From NCBI GenBank assembly GCA_050053515.1, contig JASFTQ010000002.1:1-51141 (forward strand): 51,141 nt of DNA. The letters are read 5' to 3'. Each line of letters opens with the position of its first letter. Position 1 is the stretch's first letter. The notes under the pieces are model-generated. The model saw nothing but the letters and a program-made list of their open reading frames with translations. It did no database searches and was not told the origin of the DNA. Below are positions 28,693-37,967 of the stretch, piece by piece. The position numbers and the translations under genes were made by a program. The DNA is from Desulfobacterales bacterium (GTDB lineage: Bacteria > Desulfobacterota > Desulfobacteria > Desulfobacterales > G020354645).

Positions 28693-30591
28693 ATGCAAGC
28701 AGGCTTTTGGGGTAAAATACTTCGGGTCGATCTAACGAATCGGGAGATCACCGTCGATGAACACGATCAGAATTTTTATCGAACTTATATGGGGGGGCGA
28801 GGCATCGTCGCGCACTACCTGTTGAAAGAAGTTCCGCGCGGTTGTGATCCACTTGGGCCAGAAAATGTCCTGATTTTCGCAGCCAGTGTTCTGACGGGCA
28901 CTTCCATTCCTGGGGCCGGACGGAACAGCGCGGGTGCAAAGTCCCCCCTCACCGGAGGCTACGGTGAAGGAGAGGCGGGTGGCGATTGGGGCGTAAAACT
29001 CAGGTGGACCGGGTATGACGGCATCGTCTTAACCGGCCGGTCCGAGAAGCCGGTGTATCTTTGGATTACCAACAACGAGGTGGCTCTGCGTGATGCTTCC
29101 GACCTTTGGGGCCTGGAGGCTTATGAGACCCAAGAAGTGATCCGTAAGAATGAAGGTGACCCCAATGTCTCCGTAGCAATGATTGGTCCTGCGGGCGAAA
29201 ACTTAATCCGCTTTGCCTGTATTGCCGAAGGACCGCATGATTACATCGGTCGCGCTGGCATAGGGGCCGTCATGGGTTCGAAGAAACTAAAAGCAATAGC
29301 GGTCAAGGGTGATTTGCGACTGAAGGTTCATAATAAGGAAGGGCTTGTAAAAGTTTCCCGGTGGCTTGGTGAGAATTGGCAGAAATTTCTGGGTCCTATG
29401 TCAGAAAATGGTACCCTGAACGGTCTAGCCCTTTTCAATGCCGCGGGTGGGTTGCCGACCCGAAACTTTCGTGACGGTGTTTTCGAAGCATTTGAGAGCA
29501 TTTCTGGGAAATATATGACGGAGAATATCCTGGTCGATAGAAAGAGCTGTTACTTATGCCCCGTTCACTGTAAGCGGGTGGTCCAAATCAATGAGAAGGA
29601 TATACGGGTCGGCACCAAATACAGCGGGCCTGAATTCGAAACCGTAGGCAGCTTTGGTTCTAATTGTGGAATCGGTGACTTGAAAATCGTGTCTCTCGCA
29701 AATGAGATTTGCAACCGATACACCCTTGATACAATCACCGCAGGGATGATGATTTCGGGAGCTATGGAGTGTGCCGAGAAAGGACTTCTGCCTGACTCTC
29801 TAACTGAAGGGTTGGATTTGCGTTTTGGTTCTGGAAAGGGTGTACTGGATCTCCTCAAGCTGATTGTTAATCGTCAGGGACTTGGCGATATCTTGGCAGA
29901 AGGCCCCAAGGGCATCCAAGAAAAACTGGGCAAGGAGGCAGCTTCCTGTTTTCTTCATATAAAAGGCCAACCGCTTCCTCTCCATGAACCACGATGGAAG
30001 ACGGGCCTGGGGCTCGGTTATGCACTCGCCCCGACAGGTGCCGAACACATGGCCAATATGTTCGATCCCATGTACGCCAGTACTGAAGCGCCAACATTTG
30101 CCTTTGCAAGGAACATGGGTATTTTAGAAGCTGTGGATCCTTTTGAGCTCAATCCTTCAAAGGTCCGACTCTGGGTCCACATGATGCTCAATAAGAGCCT
30201 GTACAACAACCTCTGTGTATGCTCCTTCTTTCCCTATACTCTGACGCATCTGGCCGACCTGGTCAGAGGGGTCACGGGTTGGGACGTATCCGGTTGGGAG
30301 TTAATCAAGGTTTCTGAACGTGCTCTCAATATGACCAGGGCGTTCAATACATTGGAGGAATTCGGTATAAATGATGACTTGTTACCCCAAAGGATTTTCG
30401 AACCAATTGAAAATGGTCCTCTCAAAGGACAGGCTATAGATAGTGACCAGTTTGCCGAAATGCGCAACTTGGCATACGACATGCTGGGTTGGGACCGTCA
30501 GTTAGCGTCCCCAAGGCGTTGGAAGCTTCACGAATTGGGTCTGCACTGGTTGACGGAGAAGATGGAAAAACACGGATGCCTCCAGGATTGA
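28693..30591 (+). CDS. aor: Aldehyde:ferredoxin oxidoreductase family (W/Mo-pterin) enzyme
   Basis: GKILRVDLT, AKSPLTG, GRAGIGAVMGSKKLKAI, CYLCPVHC, PEFET, LDTI. Confidence 0.93.
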   Translation: MQAGFWGKILRVDLTNREITVDEHDQNFYRTYMGGRGIVAHYLLKEVPRGCDPLGPENVLIFAASVLTGTSIPGAGRNSAGAKSPLTGGYGEGEAGGDWGVKLRWTGYDGIVLTGRSEKPVYLWITNNEVALRDASDLWGLEAYETQEVIRKNEGDPNVSVAMIGPAGENLIRFACIAEGPHDYIGRAGIGAVMGSKKLKAIAVKGDLRLKVHNKEGLVKVSRWLGENWQKFLGPMSENGTLNGLALFNAAGGLPTRNFRDGVFEAFESISGKYMTENILVDRKSCYLCPVHCKRVVQINEKDIRVGTKYSGPEFETVGSFGSNCGIGDLKIVSLANEICNRYTLDTITAGMMISGAMECAEKGLLPDSLTEGLDLRFGSGKGVLDLLKLIVNRQGLGDILAEGPKGIQEKLGKEAASCFLHIKGQPLPLHEPRWKTGLGLGYALAPTGAEHMANMFDPMYASTEAPTFAFARNMGILEAVDPFELNPSKVRLWVHMMLNKSLYNNLCVCSFFPYTLTHLADLVRGVTGWDVSGWELIKVSERALNMTRAFNTLEEFGINDDLLPQRIFEPIENGPLKGQAIDSDQFAEMRNLAYDMLGWDRQLASPRRWKLHELGLHWLTEKMEKHGCLQD

Positions 30592-30628
30592 TCGATCAAC
30601 GTGATTTAGGTAAGGAGTATCATTTGTA

Positions 30629-30916
30629 ATGATAAAGGTTGATGTCAAGCTAGCCGATTTTCTTTCAAGAATCAGTCAGCAGACGCCATCAGAACTTGAG
30701 ATAGCTGAGGATTCCACAGTGGCCGACGTTATCGATCTTCTTGCGAATCGATTTGGAGATGATTTCCGAAAGGCCCTGGTAAATTCAGAGGGCAGACTTC
30801 GTAAGCAGATTATAATCGCAATTGATGGTGTGGTTCTGCCTCATGAGAAAGCCAGAACAGCCGTTGTCAAAGAAAGAAGTCGCATAACAATTATTCCGGC
30901 CACAGGTGGGGGTTAA
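30629..30916 (+). CDS. MoaD/ThiS-family sulfur carrier
   Basis: 95 aa, beta-grasp-like, C-terminal GG, directly after AOR. Confidence 0.85.
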   Translation: MIKVDVKLADFLSRISQQTPSELEIAEDSTVADVIDLLANRFGDDFRKALVNSEGRLRKQIIIAIDGVVLPHEKARTAVVKERSRITIIPATGGG

Positions 30917-30974
30917 AGAACCACAAGTTTGTTATTCCCGTATTCGGCATCGATTCCAGCGCAGATCCATTGCA

Positions 30975-31200
30975 GATTTTAATCGCAGGGCGGAGTTGCC
31001 CCTGGGGTGTTTCACAAAAAATTTTAACTTAAGTTCCGCTACCGCCTTGGGCTTCAGTTCAATGTCCCTTTGCATTACGCCCTCCCGTTGCTGAAAATCT
31101 TGCTTCGTCGGCTTGGGCTCAATTTCAATCCCCTTGATCTTAATGCGATCCGTCTTTGATTCCAGCAAAGGGCATTGCAGGGTTGAATGGAGATCGACAG
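30975..31200 (-). pseudogene. C-terminal remnant of a DUF4139 (MuiA-like) protein
   Basis: SKTDRIKIKGIEIEPKP..REGVMQRDIELKPKAVAELKLKFFVKHP resembles the DUF4139 C-terminus; the rest of the gene is absent. Confidence 0.5.
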
Positions 31201-31373
31201 TAAAATGGCCGGTGGGGCAACTCCAGACATCCACCCGACCTTTACCCCCCCTTTTTCTGTTGACTGACCAATCCCTTTTTTCTTAGTGTTTTCTTTGAAT
31301 CAGCAAGGGGTCTGACATACAACCCGATAAGGAGAATCGAAAACCCAAGCGGTCGATTATCGGAAGGATTGAA

Positions 31374-32639
31374 ATGAGCTGGTTGAAACTTCTGCGATGC
31401 ATCACCTGCCGTCGAGAATTTACACCTGCAGAGATCGATTACACCTGCCCGTTTTGCGGTCCCCGGGAGGGCACCCTGGAACCCCTCTATGATTATGATT
31501 CTGTTTCCCGGCATCTTAGCCGCAAAGCGCTCTCAAGCAACATCCGATATGACATGTGGCGCTATCTGCCCCTTTTACCGATAGTGGATCCGGAAAAAAT
31601 TCCGGACCTGTTGGTGGGCTGGACGCCCCTCTATCGTTCCCCGCAGCTGGAAAATCAGCTGAAACTTGCCCGGGTGTGGATCAAGGACGATGGCCGCAAT
31701 CCCACCGCCTCACTGAAGGACCGCGCCAGTGCCGTGGCGGTCGTAAAAGCCCTGGAAAAGAACGCTCGGATTTCAACGGCCGCATCCTCGGGCAATGCAG
31801 CAGCATCCTGGTCGGCGTTCACCGCGATCTGCGGTCTAAAAACCGTGATATTTGTACCGGAAACCACACCAAGCGCTAAATTGGCTCAACTGCGGTTGTA
31901 TGGTGCACACGTTTTTCAGGTGAAGGGAACTTATGACCAGGCCTTTGATTTATGTTGCCGGGCGGCGGACAAATGGGGCTGGTATAATCGCTCCACCGCT
32001 GTCAATCCTTACCTGGGCGAAGGAAAAAAAACGGCGGCGCTTGAAATCTGCGAACAGCTGAATTGGGAGGTGCCGGATTACGTGCTGGTCGGGGTGGGAG
32101 ACGGCTGTATTTTGCAGGGGTTATGGAAGGGGTTTAAGGAATTTTACAAGCTGGGTCTCATAGACCGGCAACCGAAAATGGTCGGTGTTCAGGCTCAAGG
32201 CGCTGCGCCGCTGGTAAATGCATGGCAAGCGGGTTCCCGGCGGGTCCAACCGACAATCACAAAAACACTGGCCGACTCGATAGCTGTGGGAACGCCCAGG
32301 GACCAGATCAAATGTCTGGCGGCGGTACGGGAGTCAGCCGGAAGAATGATATCGGTTGCTGATGAAGACATTCTGACCGCTATGCACAACCTGGCTGTCA
32401 CAACCGGAATTATGGCCGAACCGGCCGGTGCAGTAGGTTTGGCCGGGTTGCAAAAATTGGTGAAGCCGGGAATGGCGACTTCCCGGGAACGGGCAGTTGT
32501 TCTAGTCACCGGTCATGGACTCAAGGATATCGATAGCGTGATGAAAGCGGGCATCCATGAACCGATCCGGATAGATCCCGTCTTAACCGATGTCGAAGCC
32601 CAATTAAGACTTGACGGGCTGTTGCCCAAATCATTTTAG
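31374..32639 (+). CDS. thrC: Threonine synthase-like PLP enzyme (fold type II)
   Basis: N-terminal CxxC..CPFC, NPTASLKDR (PLP Lys), SSGNAA, GVGDG, EPAGA, TGHGLK. Confidence 0.8.
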   Translation: MSWLKLLRCITCRREFTPAEIDYTCPFCGPREGTLEPLYDYDSVSRHLSRKALSSNIRYDMWRYLPLLPIVDPEKIPDLLVGWTPLYRSPQLENQLKLARVWIKDDGRNPTASLKDRASAVAVVKALEKNARISTAASSGNAAASWSAFTAICGLKTVIFVPETTPSAKLAQLRLYGAHVFQVKGTYDQAFDLCCRAADKWGWYNRSTAVNPYLGEGKKTAALEICEQLNWEVPDYVLVGVGDGCILQGLWKGFKEFYKLGLIDRQPKMVGVQAQGAAPLVNAWQAGSRRVQPTITKTLADSIAVGTPRDQIKCLAAVRESAGRMISVADEDILTAMHNLAVTTGIMAEPAGAVGLAGLQKLVKPGMATSRERAVVLVTGHGLKDIDSVMKAGIHEPIRIDPVLTDVEAQLRLDGLLPKSF

Positions 32640-32687
32640 ACAGAGTGATAAAAGAATTTGGGTAACAGCCCGTACTTTAGGGAAAAA

Positions 32688-34157
32688 ATGATTGATTTGA
32701 CGATACACCCGGAAAAACGGGTCAGAGCGCTAAAGCGATTGAAGGAAAAAGGCGTCTTGCTGCCGACATTTATGCAACTGCGCCACCCGGAAGACATTCC
32801 CGCTGCGGTGAAAGACCGCTTGCGAGACGTCGGATTGTGGGAAATCAATCCCCTGAATCTATTTCGCATCTCCTGGAAAAATGAACCCTTCGGAACCGGC
32901 GGCCGGCACGGTCCGGTCAACTACCTGGAGATGCCCCACCGCCTGACCGGTGTGAAGGCCCGCATCTTGGCCCTGGTGGGCAAGTGGTTTCCCACCGGCG
33001 CCCATAAGGTCGGGGCAACCTATGGCTGCTTGGCCCCCCGGCTGGTCACCGGGCAGTTTGACCCCACCCGACATAAGGCCGTCTGGCCGTCGACCGGCAA
33101 TTTTTGTCGGGGCGGTGCCTTCAATGCGGCTTTAATCGGCTGCCAATCCGTGGCGATTTTACCCGAAGAGATGAGCCGGGAACGCTTTGAATGGCTGAAG
33201 ACCGTAGCCGGCGAGATTATCGCCACCCCGGGCTGCGAATCGAACGTCAAGGAGATATACGATAAATGCGCCGAGCTGCGGTCCACCCGCAATGATGTGT
33301 TTATTTTCAATCAGTTTGAGGAGTTCGGCAACTATCTGTGGCATTATGCCGTCACAGGTCCGGCCATGGAGGAGGTATATCAGGAAAAAATGGGTCTGGG
33401 TGATCGTTTGGCCGGGGTGATCGCCGCCACCGGATCGGGCGGGACCCTGGCCTGCGGAGATTACATCAAGCAGCACTTTGCCGACACAAAAATTGCTGCC
33501 GTCGAGGCTCTGCAATGCCCGACCCTGCTGTTAAACGGCTATGGCGGCCACCGCATCGAAGGCATCGGTGACAAACATGTCCCCTGGATTCACAACATCC
33601 GGAACACCGATGTCGTTATTGCCGTGGATGACGGCCACCCGGTTCATTTAATTCGATTGTTCAACGAGAGCGTCGGCCAGGATTATCTGGCGCGGATAGG
33701 GCTCAGCGACGATCAGATTTCAAAATTACCCTTGTTGGGGATTTCGGGTGTAGCCAACTTGCTGGGGGCCATCAAAATGGCCAAATATTTTGAGTTGACC
33801 GAAAAAGACGTCATTTTCACCGTCTTCACCGATTCGATGGATCTCTACCAGAGCCGGCTTAGAGAATTGACACAAACATGGGGACCGTACACGTGTGAAC
33901 ATGCGGTCAGGGACTATCACCGTTATCTAATGGGTCAACAAATCGACAATATGCTGGAGCTTTCCCATTATGACCGCAAACGGATTCACAATCTGAAATA
34001 CTTCACCTGGGTGGAACAGCAGGGTAAAGCGGTGGCGGAACTTGATGCCCAGTGGCACGCCTGGCCCGACTACTGGACCGATATACAGAAGCAGGTGCTT
34101 CATATCGACACGGCCATACAGGATTTTAACCACCGCACCGGTCTGACGGCCGAGTGA
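32688..34157 (+). CDS. PLP-dependent cysteine-synthase-like enzyme (fold type II, uncharacterised subfamily)
   Basis: FPTGAHKVGA, STGNFCRG, NQFEEFGN, TGSGGT, HRIEGIG. Confidence 0.85.
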   Translation: MIDLTIHPEKRVRALKRLKEKGVLLPTFMQLRHPEDIPAAVKDRLRDVGLWEINPLNLFRISWKNEPFGTGGRHGPVNYLEMPHRLTGVKARILALVGKWFPTGAHKVGATYGCLAPRLVTGQFDPTRHKAVWPSTGNFCRGGAFNAALIGCQSVAILPEEMSRERFEWLKTVAGEIIATPGCESNVKEIYDKCAELRSTRNDVFIFNQFEEFGNYLWHYAVTGPAMEEVYQEKMGLGDRLAGVIAATGSGGTLACGDYIKQHFADTKIAAVEALQCPTLLLNGYGGHRIEGIGDKHVPWIHNIRNTDVVIAVDDGHPVHLIRLFNESVGQDYLARIGLSDDQISKLPLLGISGVANLLGAIKMAKYFELTEKDVIFTVFTDSMDLYQSRLRELTQTWGPYTCEHAVRDYHRYLMGQQIDNMLELSHYDRKRIHNLKYFTWVEQQGKAVAELDAQWHAWPDYWTDIQKQVLHIDTAIQDFNHRTGLTAE

Positions 34158-34254
34158 TGAGGATGTGAAGTTGCCCGCCTTAATGACCCGTTTTCTGAGT
34201 CAGCTGCCGTCGCCTCCGGCTTACTGGGAAACGCACCGGTCAACAGCGTCTTTG

Positions 34255-34378
34255 TTTGCCCATCCAGGCAACAAAAGCCCTTTGCCACTTATACCACCGG
34301 CGTGATCAGCTTGTCGACAAAAATGTGCCCCCTGCCTGCACCTCGGGCAATCGGAATATTATTTTGACATTCACTCTA
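34255..34378. mobile_element. MITE-like element, copy C (right half clear; weaker similarity back to ~34160)
   Basis: TTTGCCCATCCAGGCAACAAAAGCCCTTTG...CACCGGCGTGATCAGCTTGTCGACAAAAAT...CCCCCTGCC...GGAATATT...TTCACTCTA matches the right half of copies A and B. Confidence 0.65.
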
Positions 34379-34675
34379 GTTGAAAATGTCGGACATATTC
34401 ACGGGAGTTTCATCAACGGCCGACAAGAGGATGCCACCGTCATCAATGAAGTACTCAATGAGTTGCTGCAGGAATTTAATCGCTTGCATCAGTGCTTGCA
34501 GTGAATCATTGCCGCGTATTTCCCTTAACCGTTTATACAGTCCGATCGCCCCGACGGAACAGGCCCACTGTCCGCCATCGACCACATAGGGCTTGCCCAT
34601 CTTGAGCATAATTTTAAATCTCGATCCATCGGGATTTACGCCAATCAAGTCTTTTTCTGCAATAATCTCTTCCAT
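34376..34675 (-). CDS. Hypothetical protein (DUF6968-like)
   Basis: IIAE...GKPY....WACSV...IRGNDSLQALMQA pattern. Confidence 0.6.
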   Translation of the reverse strand: MEEIIAEKDLIGVNPDGSRFKIMLKMGKPYVVDGGQWACSVGAIGLYKRLREIRGNDSLQALMQAIKFLQQLIEYFIDDGGILLSAVDETPVNMSDIFN

Positions 34676-34699
34676 GGTCGATTAATGCCTTAGGGGACA

Positions 34700-35278
34700 T
34701 CAAGCATATTCTTTTAATACAAGGTCCTCAAGCCGTCGTTTGGGAACATGATGCACCTGTTCGTCGTCGCGCCAATATTTTATATCACCGGTTGAATCGA
34801 TATACTCGATTGTGACGACTTCCTTCGGCTTGCCGATGGCCACCACCAGCAGGATGTCGTAGCGATCTTCGATCGCCAGCGACTTTCGCAGCCTATTGCG
34901 GTTGATGGTGGCAATCATGCAGCCGCTCAGGTTTTTTTCAGTGGCCCCCAGTAAAATGTACTGGGCCGCAATGCCGTGATCCAAAAAGGGTTTATTGCTT
35001 ATCTGTGTGTCTTGCAGAATAACGATATAAGCAGCAGGTCTCTCCCCTTCGACGGGCCCCGGCCAGTCCTTGAGGTAGGCCGCCCAACCCAGGGTTTCAA
35101 AAATGAGCGGATTCGTTTTTTTATCGACGCACAAGACATATTTTAGCGGTTGCAGGTTCGCATCGGAGGCTGAATGACGGGCAAGATCAACAAGTTCCCT
35201 TAGAGTATCCATATCAACCGGGGTATCCTGATAAAATCGCCGGTAACTTCTGGTTTTAGATATGAGGCTTTTTAGCAT
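34700..35278 (-). CDS. Nitroreductase family protein
   Basis: RSYRRF, SASDANLQP, DHGIAAQ..LGATE, HVPKR. Confidence 0.9.
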   Translation of the reverse strand: MLKSLISKTRSYRRFYQDTPVDMDTLRELVDLARHSASDANLQPLKYVLCVDKKTNPLIFETLGWAAYLKDWPGPVEGERPAAYIVILQDTQISNKPFLDHGIAAQYILLGATEKNLSGCMIATINRNRLRKSLAIEDRYDILLVVAIGKPKEVVTIEYIDSTGDIKYWRDDEQVHHVPKRRLEDLVLKEYA

Positions 35279-35333
35279 CTTAACATTTTCTTTATTAATT
35301 CTGGATCAATTAAATTTAAACCTCAGGGAATTC

Positions 35334-35992
35334 TTACCAACCCTGATTTAAAATTTCTACAACCTGGCCGCGCCGTTCTCGACTCTGATCATCAGCCGCT
35401 ATCACCTCGATCTCTGTCGGTGATGAGGCCCCGAGGCCTAGATCAACAGCCCGGACAATTTGTTCCTGCTCGAAAATTTTTGGTGTCATGATGTGATTGT
35501 TACTGCCCAGTGATTTCATGACAGCCAATCCGACGGGATCGATTGCCACGCGATCAGCAGAGGCAAAAAGACATTTCCCCTGGCGCGCTGTCCCTCGGCA
35601 GGGCCGCCATCGACAAAAGCTTCGATTCCGTCCAATACAACGAGATCGGGTTTAAAAGGCGTATTTATTTCGGCAATCATCTTGCGCTGATGGATTGATT
35701 GGTGAAGCTCACTCATATAGCCATATCCCTGGCGATGGGTCGGGACCACACCGACATGGAGTTTGAGCGACATGGAAAACACACCACCGTACTGGTGCGT
35801 TTTGAGACAGCCAGTGGAAATAAGGCATTTTGAATCCAGGATGGGGCGCGCAACCCGGAAACCATCCTGCCAATGGCAGTCACCGGACTTTATTTTTTGC
35901 CGGATTTATTTTCAGGGTTTTATGGATGATACTACCCCGTCCTTTCGGTTCTCGGTACTTGCGAATGCTACGTGACTCACTGAACTTGTCAT
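35334..35992 (-). pseudogene. DUF362 pseudogene (frameshifts + internal deletion)
   Basis: ATG 35992 MTSSVSHVAFASTENRKDGVVSSIK, frameshift, then directly SGDCHWQDGF..GCLKTHQYGGVFSMSLKL..DGIEAFVDGGP; second frameshift near 35565 before DRVAID. Confidence 0.75.
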
Positions 35993-36103
35993 AATAAGAT
36001 TCCCCTGAATTCATTGAAACCAAAACACCACCGGTGAGATCGAACCAGTTAATAGAAAGATAAATTCTGAAGAATTCTCCTTTTTAGCCCGTCAGTTGCC
36101 GGT

Positions 36104-36586
36104 TTACATTGATGACGCCGGTACATCGGACTTTTGTCCCAGGCCGAAGTATTCTCTGCGAAGATACGTATAGCCCGCAAACCCCCACCAGCAGGCAACA
36201 AAGAGCAACATGACCAGGGTAATCCAGTTGAGGAAGGTTTCGATTTCGATATATTGCCAGATATCCGCATAGCTGATGAACTGTCGTTTCAACCAAGCCT
36301 TCATGGCATCACGGTACAGTAGATATAATGCCTTGTCCAGCGTGTAGATCAGCGTTGTCGCAAAAACGAGTTTATACCCCCATGGTGTTGCCCGCCACAG
36401 CCCGATACCCAGGCCCACGAACAGAGCAATATACACCAGGTGGTAGACGACCGCAATTATACCACCGCGAAGCGCTCCGAGTAAGGGCACATTGGAAGTG
36501 ACCGAAAAAATTTCCAGCAGTGCGGACAGAAAAAAAAGAATGGCCGCGATTCGAAAGGTAATTCTTCCTTTGGTACCGGACATCAT
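36104..36586 (-). CDS. Hypothetical membrane protein (4 TM)
   Basis: Four hydrophobic segments; overlaps the upstream gene stop by 4 nt. Confidence 0.75.
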   Translation of the reverse strand: MMSGTKGRITFRIAAILFFLSALLEIFSVTSNVPLLGALRGGIIAVVYHLVYIALFVGLGIGLWRATPWGYKLVFATTLIYTLDKALYLLYRDAMKAWLKRQFISYADIWQYIEIETFLNWITLVMLLFVACWWGFAGYTYLRREYFGLGQKSDVPASSM

Positions 36587-37944
36587 GACGACATTCCTTC
36601 CTGCGTTTCTTTTTCCATCGTTTTGCGCAAGGAGTACGACAGCAGATTTTCGTCCAGCTCGACGTCGTCATAGGTCAAGGTGGCATCTTTGGCAACCGGG
36701 CGAACCAGACGGGCATTGGCGGTCAACCCCATGGGCAGATAAGAATTCTGCAGACTAACTTCAACCGGCATCAACCGGCCAAAAACCGTGAAGCCCCCTT
36801 CGCCGTCCAGCACTTCGTCCGCCTGGAGATCCCTTTTTGCGACCGCAGCCACATCGGCCAGAAATTCTTCACAAGATCCCGTGGGTTCGTTGCGCAAAGC
36901 TGCAGAAGCCACACTGATACCCAACTCCAAACCAATGAGATGGTAAGGCCGGTAAAGGGCGGAATATTTCCCGGAAGGGTCGACTTGCAATCCGTACTCT
37001 GCAAAACAACGTTGTACATAAGCCGTGGGCGCCTTAAACACAACATACACACCCCATCGGAGATCATCCTTTACGGGGGATCCGTCCCTGTTTTCGCAGG
37101 CGACCACTTCCACCGTGCCGCTGTGTTCCAAAATGCCCCCATCAGCCGACGGTTTGAGGATATCCTGAAGACCGCCCGTTCCCACCGGTGGAAACTGCAA
37201 TCCTTTTTTTTGGGGGATCAGTCCCGACGCATTGGACACGGCACACATCTCTATGGCCGATTTTGTTCCGTCCAGAAAAGAATTGAACATCTTGGCGTTG
37301 TAATCACCGGTGGCTACCTGTTTTTCGGTAAAACCATAGTGCTGCCACACGGTTTCAGGGGTGGAATAATGATATTCGGGTTGAAAGCGAGTTCCCTTGC
37401 CGGCGCAGACCACCTCCAGTCCGGCGGTGCGGGCCCAGTCAATCAGCTCCGCAATGATGGCCGGTTGATCCCCGTAGGCCATGGAATAGACACGGTCAAC
37501 CGCAGCCGCTTTTTTGTGCAAAACAGGCCCCAGCAGGCAGTCGGCTTCCACATTTACCATTATGACGTGCTTACCGGTTTCCAGGGCATACCAGGCGTGG
37601 GCGGTTCCGGCCTCGGGATCACCGGTGATCTCGACAATGACATCAAGATCCGCGGCGATCAATTCCACTGCGCTCTCGGTGATGGCCGTCCTTTTCTTAC
37701 GGGCGGCGTCGTTGATGGCATCCGTTGAAATTTCAAAGCTCAGGGAGCTCTCGGGCCACCCCGTTCGCAGGCAGGCCTGCCGGGCCTTTTGCGAATCGAG
37801 TTCGGCGATGCCGACAATCTGCATACCAGGTGTAAACCGGGCTTGAGAAATAAACATCGTGCTAAACTTACCGGCACCGATGATGCCCACTTTTACGGGA
37901 TTGTTATTTCGAGCCCTTTGCCGGAGCAATGCATGCAGATTCAT
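36583..37944 (-). CDS. Homoserine-dehydrogenase-like NAD(P) oxidoreductase with C-terminal SAF domain
   Basis: GIIGAGKF, MVNVEAD, YGDQP, DGTKSAIEM, RPYHLIGLE, AKRDL..LDGEGG. Confidence 0.88.
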   Translation of the reverse strand: MNLHALLRQRARNNNPVKVGIIGAGKFSTMFISQARFTPGMQIVGIAELDSQKARQACLRTGWPESSLSFEISTDAINDAARKKRTAITESAVELIAADLDVIVEITGDPEAGTAHAWYALETGKHVIMVNVEADCLLGPVLHKKAAAVDRVYSMAYGDQPAIIAELIDWARTAGLEVVCAGKGTRFQPEYHYSTPETVWQHYGFTEKQVATGDYNAKMFNSFLDGTKSAIEMCAVSNASGLIPQKKGLQFPPVGTGGLQDILKPSADGGILEHSGTVEVVACENRDGSPVKDDLRWGVYVVFKAPTAYVQRCFAEYGLQVDPSGKYSALYRPYHLIGLELGISVASAALRNEPTGSCEEFLADVAAVAKRDLQADEVLDGEGGFTVFGRLMPVEVSLQNSYLPMGLTANARLVRPVAKDATLTYDDVELDENLLSYSLRKTMEKETQEGMSS

Positions 37945-37967
37945 GGCTTAACCTTGTTTATCGTACG

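Noticed and set aside
31245-31373. Thr attenuator or T-box upstream of the thrC-like gene
   Set aside because: No Thr/Ile-rich leader peptide and no T-box consensus
35900-35920. Selenocysteine read-through of the TGA in the DUF362 remnant (and at 18376)
   Set aside because: Followed closely by another stop (TAA or TAG), not at a Cys-equivalent position; frameshift or decay explains it better
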